In this document: in pieces, positions 44,720-57,669 of the stretch
Layout: every line of letters starts with the position of its first letter
Numbering within the stretch: the first letter of the stretch is position 1
NCBI GenBank assembly: GCA_951406725.2
Contig: OX597817.1
Coordinates: 50,654,001-50,718,000 of the forward strand
Source of the DNA: Octopus vulgaris
Lineage: Eukaryota
DNA length: 64,000 nt
Direction: 5' to 3'
Translations under genes and position numbers: made by a program
The notes under the pieces: generated by a model
Database searches by the model: none
The model's input: only the letters and a program-made list of their open reading frames with translations
What the model was told of the DNA's origin: nothing

Positions 44720-45204
44720 TGGTGTAGCATTGTTAGTTGTTGCGTTGGTCGAGTAAATATTAAAATCAAAGGGCTTCTCGCCGTAAACATCCCATCTTGT
44801 TATTAAGCATATATGTGTCATGGAGTATATTATCCAAGATGTATCTCTCCTTCATAGGCGTGGCTGTGTGGTTGAGAAGCTTACTTTCCAGCCATGTCAC
44901 CTTGGGTTCAGTCCCACTTTGAGGCACGTTGAGCAATTCTCTTTCATTACAATTCCGTGCCGACCAAAGCCGTGTATAATATATAATTGGCATTACTGTA
45001 TTGATATATAAAATACACACATACAGGAGGAGTAAATTCCTATATGTAATAACACTTTGAATATGGCTCCTGAGAAAGAGTAAAATTGCCCGATCGACGA
45101 CCGGTATTACTGTTAGTATGTGTGTGTGTGTGTGTGTGTGTGTGCGTGCGCGTGTGTGTGTGTGTGTGTATGTGTGTGTGTGTGTGTGTGTGAATATGTA
45201 TATA

Positions 45205-45545
45205 TTTGCCAAAGGTCCCAGCATCGCCATCAAAAAATAAGATCAGATACTGCAACAACTTGGGCCTCAAGGGCCCACAGCTCTGTCATATCTTTCAAGA
45301 ATGCCTGAGAGTCCTGCATGGTGTGGATGCAAGTGTTTTTAAAACAAAACTGGATCTCTTCTTGTTACGCGTTCCATACGAGCCTACCTCACGGCAGGAA
45401 ACAAAGATGAGGGCAGCAGCATCACACTCCTTCGTTGACCAAATGCCACATATCAGAGGTTTCAAATAATGGTGTAGCTCAGTCAAGGGTGGTGCTCCAA
45501 CATGACCGCAGCTTTACAGCTGAAACATTCTAAAATAGTAAAATG
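45205..45545 (+). mobile_element. CR1-group LINE 3' end (third family)
   Basis: ORF 45206-45469 GPQL..FKTKLDLFLLRVPYEP parallels [22 protein letters not shown]. Confidence 0.8.
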
Positions 45546-45578
45546 GTATCATATACATATTTATATATATATTTACCA

Positions 45579-45636
<58 letters not shown>

Positions 45637-45683
45637 GTATGTGTGTGTATGTATACATATATACATACATAAATATATATACA

Positions 45684-45775
<92 letters not shown>

Positions 45776-46439
45776 AAGAGTTATACAGGCATATATGTGT
45801 GTGCGCGCGTGTATAAATATATATATATATATATAGATGCATAGACGTGCATACTTACATACGCACGAATGTTTGTACCTAAGTAGATGCTATCAGATGC
45901 AATCTCCTTCGTCGGTTTTTACATTCTTAATATATTCTTTATAATTAGTTTGAATGCGTAATGAATTCCGTATATTTAATTTACTTTTTCCTTGCGCATA
46001 TTTGTTTTTAATCACGATTCATTTCCATGTTCTTGATTTCATTCTTAATGCATCTTACACAAGTATAAAAGCAGAACTCTTCATTTCAAAGCTAAATTGT
46101 ATACATTATTTCATACATATAATGATACAGCCTTTCAGTAACAAGTGAATCCGCTACGTGAATATTTTGCATTTATTTGCATTATTTTTTTCTCCCTGTT
46201 TACTAGAGCGCTGGACAGGTGGAAAATTTAAGCAGTCGGCATTTTTTCCGACACGTTACTTTCAGATTTCAATTCCCACGGATAGCAACTTTGCTTTATA
46301 TTCAGCGAAGCTGATAATATAAAATATGATACAAAGAATGCCGAACAAGATATCGATTAGCCCCCCACCCCCCACCCCTCAATACGACTAGCCTAGTGTT
46401 TAAATTAGAAATTATTAAACACCGTGCATTGACAAAATT

Positions 46440-46750
46440 TATCGGCCCCGAAAGGATGAAAGGCAAATTCTACCTCGGCAGAATTTGAACTCAGAACGTA
46501 ACGGCAGACGAAATACCTATTTCTTTACTACCTACAAGGGGCTAAGCACAGAGGAGACAAACAAGGACAGACAAACGGATTAAGTCGATTAGATCGACCA
46601 CAGTGCGTAACTGGTACTTATTTAATCTACCCCGAAAGGATGAAAGGCAAAGTCGACCTCAGCAGAATTTGAACTCAGAACGTAGCAGCAGACGAAATAC
46701 CGGTAGGCATTTCGCCCGGCGTGCTAACGTTTCTGCGAGCTCACCGCCTT
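46440..46750 (-). mobile_element. SINE family B dimer
   Basis: Family B motifs. Confidence 0.9.
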
Positions 46751-47673
46751 ACGCTTAAAGTAAGTGTCCTTACGAACAGATTTACCGATCACATCTTTAA
46801 GTAGAATCATCAGCGGCAACGAACGACAGAGACTTTTAGCTGGTGAACTTACGATGGTACGATGCAGTGAAGAGGGCTGCTGATGTATACTGCTACAGTA
46901 TTTTAACTGCTGCATACGTCGCTCAACACAGCAAGCAACACCTGAATCTAAGCCTAAGTAACGTGTTTATATATTGTGAATCTGATTTGAGCACAGGGCG
47001 CAGTGACCCAGCCTTGAACCACTTTTTAACTTGATATTGAAATCACTTGAGCAATGCTGTTAAAGCAGATGGTGTTGCGCTCTTCGTGAGGTTAGAGGGA
47101 CAGAGTTTGAGACTTTGCGGTTTTACTAGTGATCAAGGCCTAACATATCATTCTATTGTTTTCGGTCAATGTGCTCTGGGATATATCTAAATTCTTTAAA
47201 ACAGTCTGTGTAGTATGATGAAGCCATAGCAATCAACAATATTCCAGGTGTGGCTATACAAAGGAAAAGAGGAGAAGGATAATAAACAACTCGAATTTAA
47301 CATATTTGATATGCTCGTCTTACTATGAATGATTTGTGTGCATTCGCGTTGAGTGCGCGGTATGTATGTATGTATGTATGTATGTATGTATGTATGTATG
47401 TATGTATGTATGTATCTGTGTATGTATCTGTGTATGTATCTGTGTGTGTTGGGGGTGGGGCTACAGCTGTGAAGGTGAAGACATTACTTTAGCTGCTGCT
47501 GTTGTAGCTAAGGTATACTTGTAAAAAGTGGGAACTGCTTCTGCTGCCTGGTAAACACGCAGAGCTGCCCGTCATGAAATTTAACATTTTATAGCTCATC
47601 TGAAGATCTAACGTAAACATCAAAGATATCACGAAGGTAAACGTCGATTACAACAGCTGCCGCTACTCGACTG

Positions 47674-47705
<32 letters not shown>

Positions 47706-47819
47706 GCTGCTGCTGCTACTGCTACTACTGCTACTACTTCTAGTACTACTACAACTATTAATAATAATTTTAATAATAATAATAATGATAATAACAACAA
47801 CAACAACAATAATAATAAC

Positions 47820-47851
<32 letters not shown>

Positions 47852-47853
<2 letters not shown>

Positions 47854-48341
47854 TGTACATTGTTTTGTCTTGGTATAAAAGATGGGCTACAGCAAATATT
47901 CTGCTCAATACCACAGATTTGCTTGTCAGTTGTTTGACCTTAACCAGTTGAGCATGTCCCTTAGTGGCTGACGATATGTGCATCTCTGATCACGAGCAGA
48001 AGTAGTGGGGGAGCATCATAGCCATGTGTTGAGAGGGATTCTTTGGGGTTTGAATAATTCACCTCTGGAAACATGGGTGGTTCTTTCAACATCATTAAAC
48101 AACCCTTATTCAGGGACCTTTTGAGCGGGATGGGCTACTCAACCTGAAGAAAATTCTAACTGGGCCCCACCTGCAAGGTCATGTGCTGTTTATCTTGATA
48201 TGAGATCACCATGTCGCGCACATATGGTTGTGATGCATGTGCCTGGTGTACCTTTATCAGACGGGTAGTCATGATGGGTATATTGGGCTTTGTATATTTT
48301 ACCCCAGTGTCACTTTGATGGCATGCACTGCTCTCTCACTC
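47852..48341. mobile_element. ~490-bp non-coding probable interspersed repeat embedded in (AAT)n
   Basis: Sharp boundaries with AAT arrays on both sides; higher GC; single copy here. Confidence 0.55.
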
Positions 48342-48985
48342 AATAATAATAATAATAATAATAATAATAGAGCTGCTGCTGCAACAGTAATAACAAAGGA
48401 TGACGACGGGCGGAGTAACAACAGCAACAAGAACAACACTAATAATTATGATGGTTTAAAACTTTGGTAGAAGGCCAGCAATTACAGGGGGGGGGAGGTG
48501 CTAGTCGATTATATCGACTCCAGTGCTTTTCTGCTAGTTATTTTATCGATCACGAGAGGATGAACGACAAAATCGACCACGGTGGAATATGAACTCAACG
48601 TAAACCTGGAAGAAAATGTCTCAAAGTATTTGGTCCGACCGGCTAACAATTCTGTCAGCTCACCGCCTTAAAGGTTTCAAATTTTGGAATACAGACCTAG
48701 AAATTTTTCGGACGAGTGTTTTTTTTCATTTACATCGATCCCAGTACTTGACTGCTACTTTATCTTGTCGACCCCGAAAGGATGAAAAGCAAGGCTGGCA
48801 TTGTCATAATTCGAACATGCAGAATAAAGAGCCGAGATAAATGCCGCAAAGCACTGTTGTCCGACACTCTAGCTTTCTTGCTGCCCTTCCGTGCCTCAAT
48901 ATCGGTGGTTCCTAAGCTGGGGTTCGCAGATCCCTGTTGAACCGCAAAGGTAGTACTGCAGGTCCGTGAACTAAATTCAAAATAT

Positions 48986-49033
<48 letters not shown>

Positions 49034-49373
49034 TATATACATATATAAAGGGTACACATAATAAAGGGTAAAATTAATTAATTAATTCGTAATTAATAAT
49101 TTTACCAAGTAGTTCGGTGTGATAAAAGAACCATTATCGGTAAACTTATACAAACATTCTATAATTATGAGTATAATTATAATTAGGGTTCAGAAAAAAT
49201 TTGCTTCACCACATACCGAAATTTAGAAATAGCAATTAAAAACTAACTATTTCACTACTATAAGAAGATCTCCCAGGCAGCACTACTCAACAACTCACGC
49301 AGGTAAAGAGAAAAAAATAAAGAATGTTGTTATTGCTTTTGGTGCCAAAAAGGCGCAGTAATTATGCACCAAC

Positions 49374-49377
<4 letters not shown>

Positions 49378-49411
<34 letters not shown>

Positions 49412-49450
49412 TATATATATATACATATACATACATATATTCATACATGC

Positions 49451-49513
<63 letters not shown>

Positions 49514-49606
49514 CATACATATACATACATATATTCATACATGCATATATACATATATATATATATATATACATACATACATATACATACATATATTCAT
49601 ACATGC

Positions 49607-49651
<45 letters not shown>

Positions 49652-49945
49652 TATATGCATACATATATATATATGCATACATATATATATGCATACATAT
49701 ATATATATGCATACATACATATATGCATACATATATATATGCATACATATATGCATACATATATATATGCATACATATATATATGCATACATACACATAT
49801 GCATACATATATATATACATACATACATATATACATATATTCTACATACCTATATATATATTCATATATATATATACATATATACATATATATACATAAA
49901 GCTATATACACATATATATATGCACACATACACACACATATCTAT
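49378..49945. repeat. (TA)n/(CATA)n array preceded by a mariner-like TIR (49340-49378)
   Basis: gcagtaattatgcaccaacccaaTA resembles mariner TIRs. Confidence 0.8.
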
Positions 49946-49956
49946 AGTTTAAAATT

Positions 49957-50610
49957 AAGAATACAATCTATATTAGATTTTATCAGGTAGTCTGCATACA
50001 ATCAACTGGCTAAGGTTAAATTAATCGATTTATAAATCTATACTAAGGGCAAGCGAGTACGTATATAAGGGGCCAACATGCTAGAAAAACGACGCCAGTG
50101 TCCAAAATCTACGTTAAGATATCATCATAAAGTATAAATACGCGGCGTACTCGTGCAAATAAACGAACATATTCATGAAACGGTTCAATTACGTATCAAT
50201 TGATTTCGAGATTAAGGGGTAGTTCTTCTATCATTAGTGTAATATAACCGAATCAATGGAAATAAATACGAACAAAATACATACCCATGAAACAGAACGG
50301 CACCACAGTGCAAATACACCGCTCGTACTTATATATAGATTAAAAAATTCAAAAATCTGGTTTCGTTTATTTCGACCTCATGTTAATAACCAAATATTTC
50401 AGCAGTGAATAATTTTGGTGTCAGTGAAATTATATATTTGTGATATATTATAAAATTAAGGATAAAATCTATATTAGATTTTATCAGGTAGTTAGCATAG
50501 AATCAATCGGTTAAGGTTAAATTAATCAATTTATAAATTTATATTAATGGCAAGCGAGTACGTATACAAGTTGCCAACATGCTAGAAAAAGACGCCAATG
50601 TCTAAAATAT
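49957..50610 (-). mobile_element. Penelope pseudo-LTR-like element with partial direct repeat (50455-50610 resembles 49957-50110)
   Basis: Partial tandem structure; degenerate hammerhead at 50188-50243; inverse twin at 53361-53779. Confidence 0.65.
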
Positions 50611-50869
50611 TTATATGTGTACGACGGGATTCTTTCAGTTTCCATCTATTAATTCCAGACATTGGTTGGTCTGATACTATATTAGAAGAAGCTAGCTCCA
50701 GTTCTCACGCAGTGGGATTGAACCTGGAAACATGTGGTTGGTAGGCAAACTTCTTATTCTCAACATACAGCTACGCCTACATCATGTTTCATATAATGAA
50801 GATGGTTTTGAATCTCCCAAACTTGTCCATCACCAGGACAGAGAAAGACCATTAATGAATTTCTTAAAG

Positions 50870-52340
50870 CATTTTCATATATACGTTTGGATAGGGTAAA
50901 TATTTTCACTAATATATTTGGGTAGGATAAAGCAATGAGATAAATACCCACTTCAGTCATGATTGACCATCGGATTGCTCCTAGAAAGTTCCCCTCCGAG
51001 GCACAAGTTCTACTAAGGTTGTTTATGGTAGACCAGCGATCGCCCATGCATACCAACCTCCCCTCTCTACGTCACCGATGTTAGCCAAAGGAAAAGTATA
51101 GGCCGATACAGCTTGGCCTCTGTGACGTCGCAATTCATTTCTACAGCTGAGTGAACTGCCGCAACGTGAAATAAAGCGTCTTGCTTCAAGAACACAACAC
51201 ACAGCTTGGTAGGTTAATCGAACTCACTACGTCATGATTGTGGGCCCGACGCTCTAACCATTGAACCATATTTGATTAAATAAAGACATTTTCCTTGATA
51301 TACTGGAGATCTCAGATATTTCATTCGCATATTTTATTGAGACAAAATATTTTTATTAATATATTTAGGTGGGTTCAAACCTTTTCTCTAATATATTTGG
51401 GTATAGCTAAACAGTTTCTCTAATATATTTGGTCGGGGTTAAGCATTATTAAGTGAAAGAAAACATTTCAAGTAATATATTTGGGCGTTGCATAAAAGCT
51501 TCGTTCGAATATTCGATGGATCAGAATATTTTCACTGATATATCTGGGCGGGGGCAAAACATTTCAGTAAATATATATAAGTGAAGCAAAATATTTACTT
51601 TAATAAATTTCAATGGGGCAATCATTTTTAATGATATATTCAGATGGGGTCAAACATTTCCATTTACGTATTTATGTGAGGCAAAACATTTTCACTAATA
51701 TTTTGGTGTTGCATATATCTGGGTGGAGCCAATTTTTTTCATAGATATATCTGGGTGGAGAGAAAAACATTTAAAAAAAATATTACTCTACGTGGTTGGG
51801 GTAAAACCTTTTTTTTAACAGCTGGATTGGCTGTGTGGTAAGTAGCTTGCTTACCAAACACATGGTTCCAGGTTCAGTCCAATGGCTTGGCAATTTGGAC
51901 AAGTGTCTTCTACTGTAGCCTCGGGCCGACCAAAGCCTTGTGAGTGGATTTGATAGACGGAAACTGAAAGAAGCCCGTCGCATATGTGTATATGTGTGTG
52001 TGCGTGTATATGTGAGTGTGTGTATGTGAGTGTGTGTTTATCTACCAACATCGCTTGACTACTGATGCTGGTGTTTTTACGTCCCCGTAACTTAGCGGTT
52101 CAGCAAAAGATACCGGTAGAATAAGTACTAGGCTTACAAAGAATAAGTCCTGGGGTCGATTTGCTCGACTAAAGGCGGTGCTCCAGCATGGCTGCAGTCA
52201 AATGACTGAAACAAGTAAAAGAGTAAATGAGTATATCTGTGTGGGAGAAAACTTTTTAAGTAATATATTTTGATGGAGACAAATATTTCTTTTGATATAT
52301 TTGGGTGGAGCCAAATATTTTCATGTATATTTTTGTGGTG
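50870..52340. repeat. Degenerate ~30-bp minisatellite (ttcactaatatatttgggtgg..aaacatt) interrupted by SINEs at 50945-51270 and 51825-52225
   Basis: Recurrent atatatttgggt motif. Confidence 0.7.
51825..52225 (+). mobile_element. SINE family A, full length
   Basis: Head through tail ggcggtgctccagcatggctgcagtcaaatgactgaaac. Confidence 0.92.
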
Positions 52341-52496
52341 AGGGCAGAACAGTATTCCTTTATTCTTTTGTTTCAGTCATTTGACTGCGACCATACTGGA
52401 GTACTGCTTTTTAGTCAAACAAGTCGACGCCAGGACTTATTCTTTGTAAGCCTAGTACTTATTCCATCGGTCGATTTTGGCGAACCGCTAAGTAAC

Positions 52497-52527
<31 letters not shown>

Positions 52528-52532
<5 letters not shown>

Positions 52533-52934
52533 ATAAATATTAGGGAATGAATCCAAAATTACAGGGAAAAATCAGATTTAGTGTTAAATCCAATTTATAG
52601 TAAAATATTATATAATATAATTCGAGACAAAACCACTATTTTAAAACCAAACAAGGAAAGACTTAATCAATACATAAAATTTTAATATAAATTAAATAAA
52701 CCGCCACTACAAATGTTTCATGTCTGCTCCGACAATCTTCAGGTGGATTTTCGATCTTCTTAATCAGTATCAAATTTTGAAGTGATACTGATTAGAAGAT
52801 CGAAAATCCACCTGAAAATTGTCGGAGCAGGCATGAAACATTTGTAGTGGCGGTTTATTTAATTTATATTAAAATTTTATGTATTGATTAAGTCTTTCCT
52901 TGTTTGGTTTTAAAATAGTGGTTTTGTCTCGAAT

Positions 52935-52945
<11 letters not shown>
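52528..52945 (-). mobile_element. Fold-back element of the 37731 family (tail 52528-52607; arms ~52608-52772 / 52783-52945)
   Basis: Same start ataataaatattagggaat; 10-nt loop; TA flanks. Confidence 0.85.
52704..52746 (-). ncRNA. Minimal type I hammerhead motif (the + copy at 52808-52850 has a CTGAAAA core mutation)
   Basis: ccac-CTGAAGA-ttgtc-ggagca-gacat-GAAAC-attt-GTA-gtgg. Confidence 0.75.
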
Positions 52946-53005
<60 letters not shown>

Positions 53006-53215
53006 TACTTCTAAGCCTTTGAACATTTTTTCAACCAACGTATCCCTCTTTATTTGTTCTCTGCTTATTATTTCTTTAACCCTTCTCTTTCTAGTATCTG
53101 CCTTTGACGTCAAATCTACTAACGTTTTTTAAAAAATACTTAATAACGTTATGTTTATCATTTAGGCAGTCATCGTAATTGTTATAATGTCTTGTTGTTG
53201 AGATAGGCTCTCTTT

Positions 53216-53298
53216 CTTTCCTGATGAGAAGATTGCAATTTACACCATTTATTCCTTTGGAATAAAACCAATGTTGTCTTCGAAATATATGTCGAAAG
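53216..53298 (+). ncRNA. Type I hammerhead motif with extended stem II
   Basis: ctttc-CTGATGA-gaaga..(tttattcc-ttt-ggaataaa)..tcttc-GAAA-tatat-GTC-gaaag. Confidence 0.7.
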
Positions 53299-53360
53299 TA
53301 AAAGAATTTTAACATCTGCGTTCAACTCCATTTATTTATTATATATATATATACACACGA

Positions 53361-53779
53361 CGGAATAAAGGAAACCAGATTTTTGAATTTTTTAAATCTA
53401 TATATAAGTACGAGCGGTGTATTTGCACTGTGGTGCCGTTCTGTTTCAAGGGTATGTATTTTGTTCGTATTTATTTCCATTGATTCGGTTATATTACACT
53501 GATGATAGAAGAACTACCCCTTAATCTCGTAATCAATTGATACGTAATTGAACCGTTTTATGAATATGTTCGTTTATTTGCACGAGTACGCCGCGTGTTT
53601 ATACTTTATGATGATATCTTAACGTAGATTTTGGACACTGGCGTCGTTTTTCTAGCATGTTGGCCACTTATATACGTACTCGCTTGCCCTTAGTATAGAT
53701 TTATAAATCGATTAATTTAACCTTAACCAGTTGATTGTATGCAGACTACCAGATAAAATCTAATATAGATTTTATTCTT
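53361..53779 (+). mobile_element. Inverse twin of 49957-50374, inserted inside a SINE A
   Basis: High identity to the twin; the flanks reconstitute SINE A acgacgg|..ttctttcagtttccgtctacc. Confidence 0.8.
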
Positions 53780-54144
53780 TCAGTTTCCGTCTACCAAATC
53801 CACTCACAAGGCTGTGGTTGGTAAGTAAGCTACTTACCACACAGCAACTCCCGCGTCTATGTATCATGAATATTTACTAGTAAGAATAACTGATCCAAAC
53901 ATTAAGAAACAATTCAATTATTGGTTTTAGCGCAAGTACAATGTCAGCTTTAGTGAGGGAACGAAGTCAATTATATGAATACCAATATCTGACATGTATT
54001 TAAGTTTCTTGACGAAAGAAAAGCAGAATCAATCTTAAGAAGACACAGCCAATCGTGCGTGGTGACGTGAGTCGTACTTTTGAAGACGCATTAATACTTC
54101 TGCAAGCAAATCGACATCAAGTCAACATCTCTTAATAATAGTAA

Positions 54145-54358
54145 TCCCTTCTACTATTGGCACAACGCTTGAAATTTGCGGGGAGGGGACTAATCGATAA
54201 GATCGACCCTAGTTTTTCACTGGTACTTAATTTATCGACACTGATATATTGAAAGGCAAAGTTGCTTTCGGCGGAATTTGAACTCAGAACGTAGCGGCAG
54301 ACGTAATACCGCTAAGCATTTCGCCCGGCGTGCTAACGTTTCTGCCAGCTCGCCGCCT
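54145..54358 (-). mobile_element. SINE family B
   Basis: Family motifs. Confidence 0.85.
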
Positions 54359-54370
54359 TTATAATAATAA

Positions 54371-54453
<83 letters not shown>

Positions 54454-54486
54454 TTAAGAATAATGATGATGATGATGATGATGATG

Positions 54487-54519
<33 letters not shown>

Positions 54520-54521
<2 letters not shown>

Positions 54522-57007
54522 CCCCAAATTTTTTTTTTACAGGAAGATAGGAAAAACACCAGTTACTGTAAAGTCTGTACTATCAAAAGAAGTGCAGGGA
54601 TTTTTGGAATAAAATTTTGGCAGAAGAAAAACCACACAGCGAAAAGGCCCCCTGGATTGATAGAATATCTAAAGAACTGGACTCCTTAGAAGAGCAAAAG
54701 TGGGAGGGTGTCAAGTTAGAAGATATAAGATCTGCTCTCAGGAGGTCAAGCAAATGGAAGTCTCCAGGAAAGGATAAAATCCCTAACTTCTGGTTGAATG
54801 TCTTCCCAGAGAACCATGAACTGCTAACAGAACTTTACAATGATGTTCTGCAACACTCTAGTAGGATGCCTCCTTGGCTAGTTAATGGGTTAACATTCCT
54901 GCTTCCAAAAGCTGAAGAAACAAATGAACCAAAAAACTATAGACCCATAACCTGCTTAACAACTATGTATAAAACACTAACATCTGTCCTGACGGAATAT
55001 ACCTATAGTTTTTTGACAGATAGCAGCATATTCCCTAATGAACAGAAAGGATGTAAACGTAGATCCTACGGTTGTAAAGATCAACTACTCATCAATCAGA
55101 TGATCTTAGAAGATTGTCACAAACGACACAAAAACTTATCAATAGCCTGGATAGACTATAAAAAGGCTTTTGATAGCCTACCACATAGCTGGATTAAGAA
55201 ATGCCTAGAAATGTATAAGATAGCACCTACTCTGCGAAACTTCTTGTTTGTAAGTATGAGATCATGGAGAACCACACTAACTTTGAACAGTGACAATGAA
55301 TCTCTAAATGCTGGTGATGTAAAAATTCCATGTAGCATTTTCCAGGGTGACTCACTATCACCACTCCTCTTCTGTTTAGCCTTAATACCTCTCTCAAAAC
55401 TGCTCAATGACGCGCAGTACGGATATAAAATGTTTGATAAAAATATAAATCATCTCATTTACATGGATGATTTAAAGCTCTTTGCAAAAAATGACCAACA
55501 ACTCAAGGGCTTAATAGCGATTGTCAAACAATTCAGTGATGACATCAGAATGCAATTTGGCCTCGATAAGTGTGCAAAAGCTACCTTTATCAAAGGAAAA
55601 ATTACAGAAACAACTAACGTTAACCTTGACCAGCAGAATGTCATAAAAGAATTAGACCCAGCGGAGAACTACAAGTAACTAGGGGTAATTTAAGGAGACG
55701 GAATAAGGCATTCAGAGATGAAGGAAAGGATCAGGAGAGAATGTTATCGCAGAGTAAGAGCAATACTCATGACAGAGCTGAATGCGAGAAACAGGATCGA
55801 AGCGATCAATGCATTAGCCATACCAGTCGTGACTTACAGTTTCAATATCGTTAACTGGCCAATTACTGAAATATGTAATCTTGACAGAAAAATACGAAAA
55901 CTGTTGACAATGCATAGAATGCACCACCCTAAGGCAGATACAGAACGACTTTATCTGCCAAGAAAAGAGGAGGCCGCGGACTTTTACAACTGGCAATAAC
56001 AATGAAGATTGCTACAATTGGTCTAGACGCCTACCTGAAAAACTCTGAGGACTGGATGTTAAAACTTTTCTCAAAACATGAAAACAGGAAAGCATCATAC
56101 TCAGTAACAAAACAGGCAAAGGAATATCTAAGTGAATTCCGAATACAACAAATTTCGGAATTAGAGATAGACATACAAAAAACAGGCACAGAAAATCTGC
56201 GGCCTTATATATTCTGAATGATAAATGGCAAGAAAAACCTCTCTAGAGCGAATAATGCAGATGTTGACAAAGCCCTGACCCATCAATGGCTAATGACCTC
56301 TGGCTTAAAATCTGAAACAGAGGGGTTTATCATAGCAGCTCAAGATCAATGCCTACCAACAAGAAACTACCAGGCCAACATATTAAAGATCGGCAGTAGC
56401 ACAACGTGTCGTGTATGCCACCAACAAAATGAAACCATTGATCATGTGGTCTCCAAGTGCAGTCTTCTAGCACCTACAGAGTAGCTCAACAGGCATGATA
56501 GAGCTGCACAATATATTCACTGGGTAATCTGCAAAAACCTGGATTTGCCCCATGAAAAAAACTGGTGGGAACACAAACCACCCCAGTGCTTGAAAATGAC
56601 CACATCTCACTCCTCTGGAACTTCAGCATTCAAACTGACAGAAAGATAGATGCAAATAGGCCAGACATCATATTGAAAGACTTCAAACAAAGAACATGCC
56701 TCCTCATTGATATGACCGTCCCAATCGGTATAAACTTATCTGTCAAGACCTACCAAAAACTGAGCAAATATAAAGATCTTGAAATAGAAATCAGCAAAAT
56801 GTGGAAGCTGAAGACTGAAACAATACCTGTTGTCATAGGTGCCCTGGGAATGATAGCAAAAGGGGCTGATTGCTACCTAACTCAGATACCAGGAAACCCC
56901 AAAATGGCAGAAAGTCAAAAGATAGTGCTCATGGGAACTGCTCATATCCTACGCAAAATACATGCTATGTAATCTCAAGTTGTACAAATATAAAGCAGAA
57001 GTCAAAC

Positions 57008-57009
<2 letters not shown>
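54520..57009 (+). mobile_element. R4/Dong-clade non-LTR retrotransposon, 5'-truncated, disrupted ORF
   Basis: RT: WKSPGKD, YRPITCL, WIDYKKAFDS, QGDSLSP, YMDD; CCHC CRVC..ETIDHVVSKC; RLE RPDI..LIDMTVP..KLSKY; flanked by (AAT)n, the known Dong target. Confidence 0.92.
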
Positions 57010-57077
<68 letters not shown>

Positions 57078-57125
57078 TATAATAATAATAATAATGATGA
57101 TGATGATAATAATAATAATAATAAC

Positions 57126-57186
<61 letters not shown>

Positions 57187-57213
57187 TTAAGAATAATGAT
57201 GATGATGATGATG

Positions 57214-57275
<62 letters not shown>

Positions 57276-57301
57276 GAATAATAATGATGATGATGATGAT
57301 G

Positions 57302-57365
<64 letters not shown>

Positions 57366-57478
57366 TGATAATAATAATAATAAAATTAAGAATAATGATG
57401 ATGATGATGATGATAATAATAATAATAATAATAATAAAATTAAGAATAATGATGATAATAATAATAAAATTAAGAATA

Positions 57479-57531
<53 letters not shown>

Positions 57532-57669
57532 AATAATAATAATAATAATAATAATGATAATAATAATAATAATAATGATAATAATAATAATAATAATAAT
57601 GATAATAATAAAATTAAGAATGATGATGATGATGATAATAATAATAATAATAACAACAACAATAATAAT
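57010..57669. repeat. (AAT)n/(GAT)n compound array with higher-order unit
   Basis: Recurrent aaaattaagaataatgat spacer; the same unit occurs in 54361-54520. Confidence 0.95.

Noticed and set aside
46853-47255. Possible minus-strand exons with splice-like signals
   Set aside because: No recognisable protein; a PHLEYC peptide hints at LINE debris.
49028-49315. Another TA-adjacent Penelope-like end resembling the 42282-42320 tail
   Set aside because: Similarity short and AT-rich; no intact ribozyme core.
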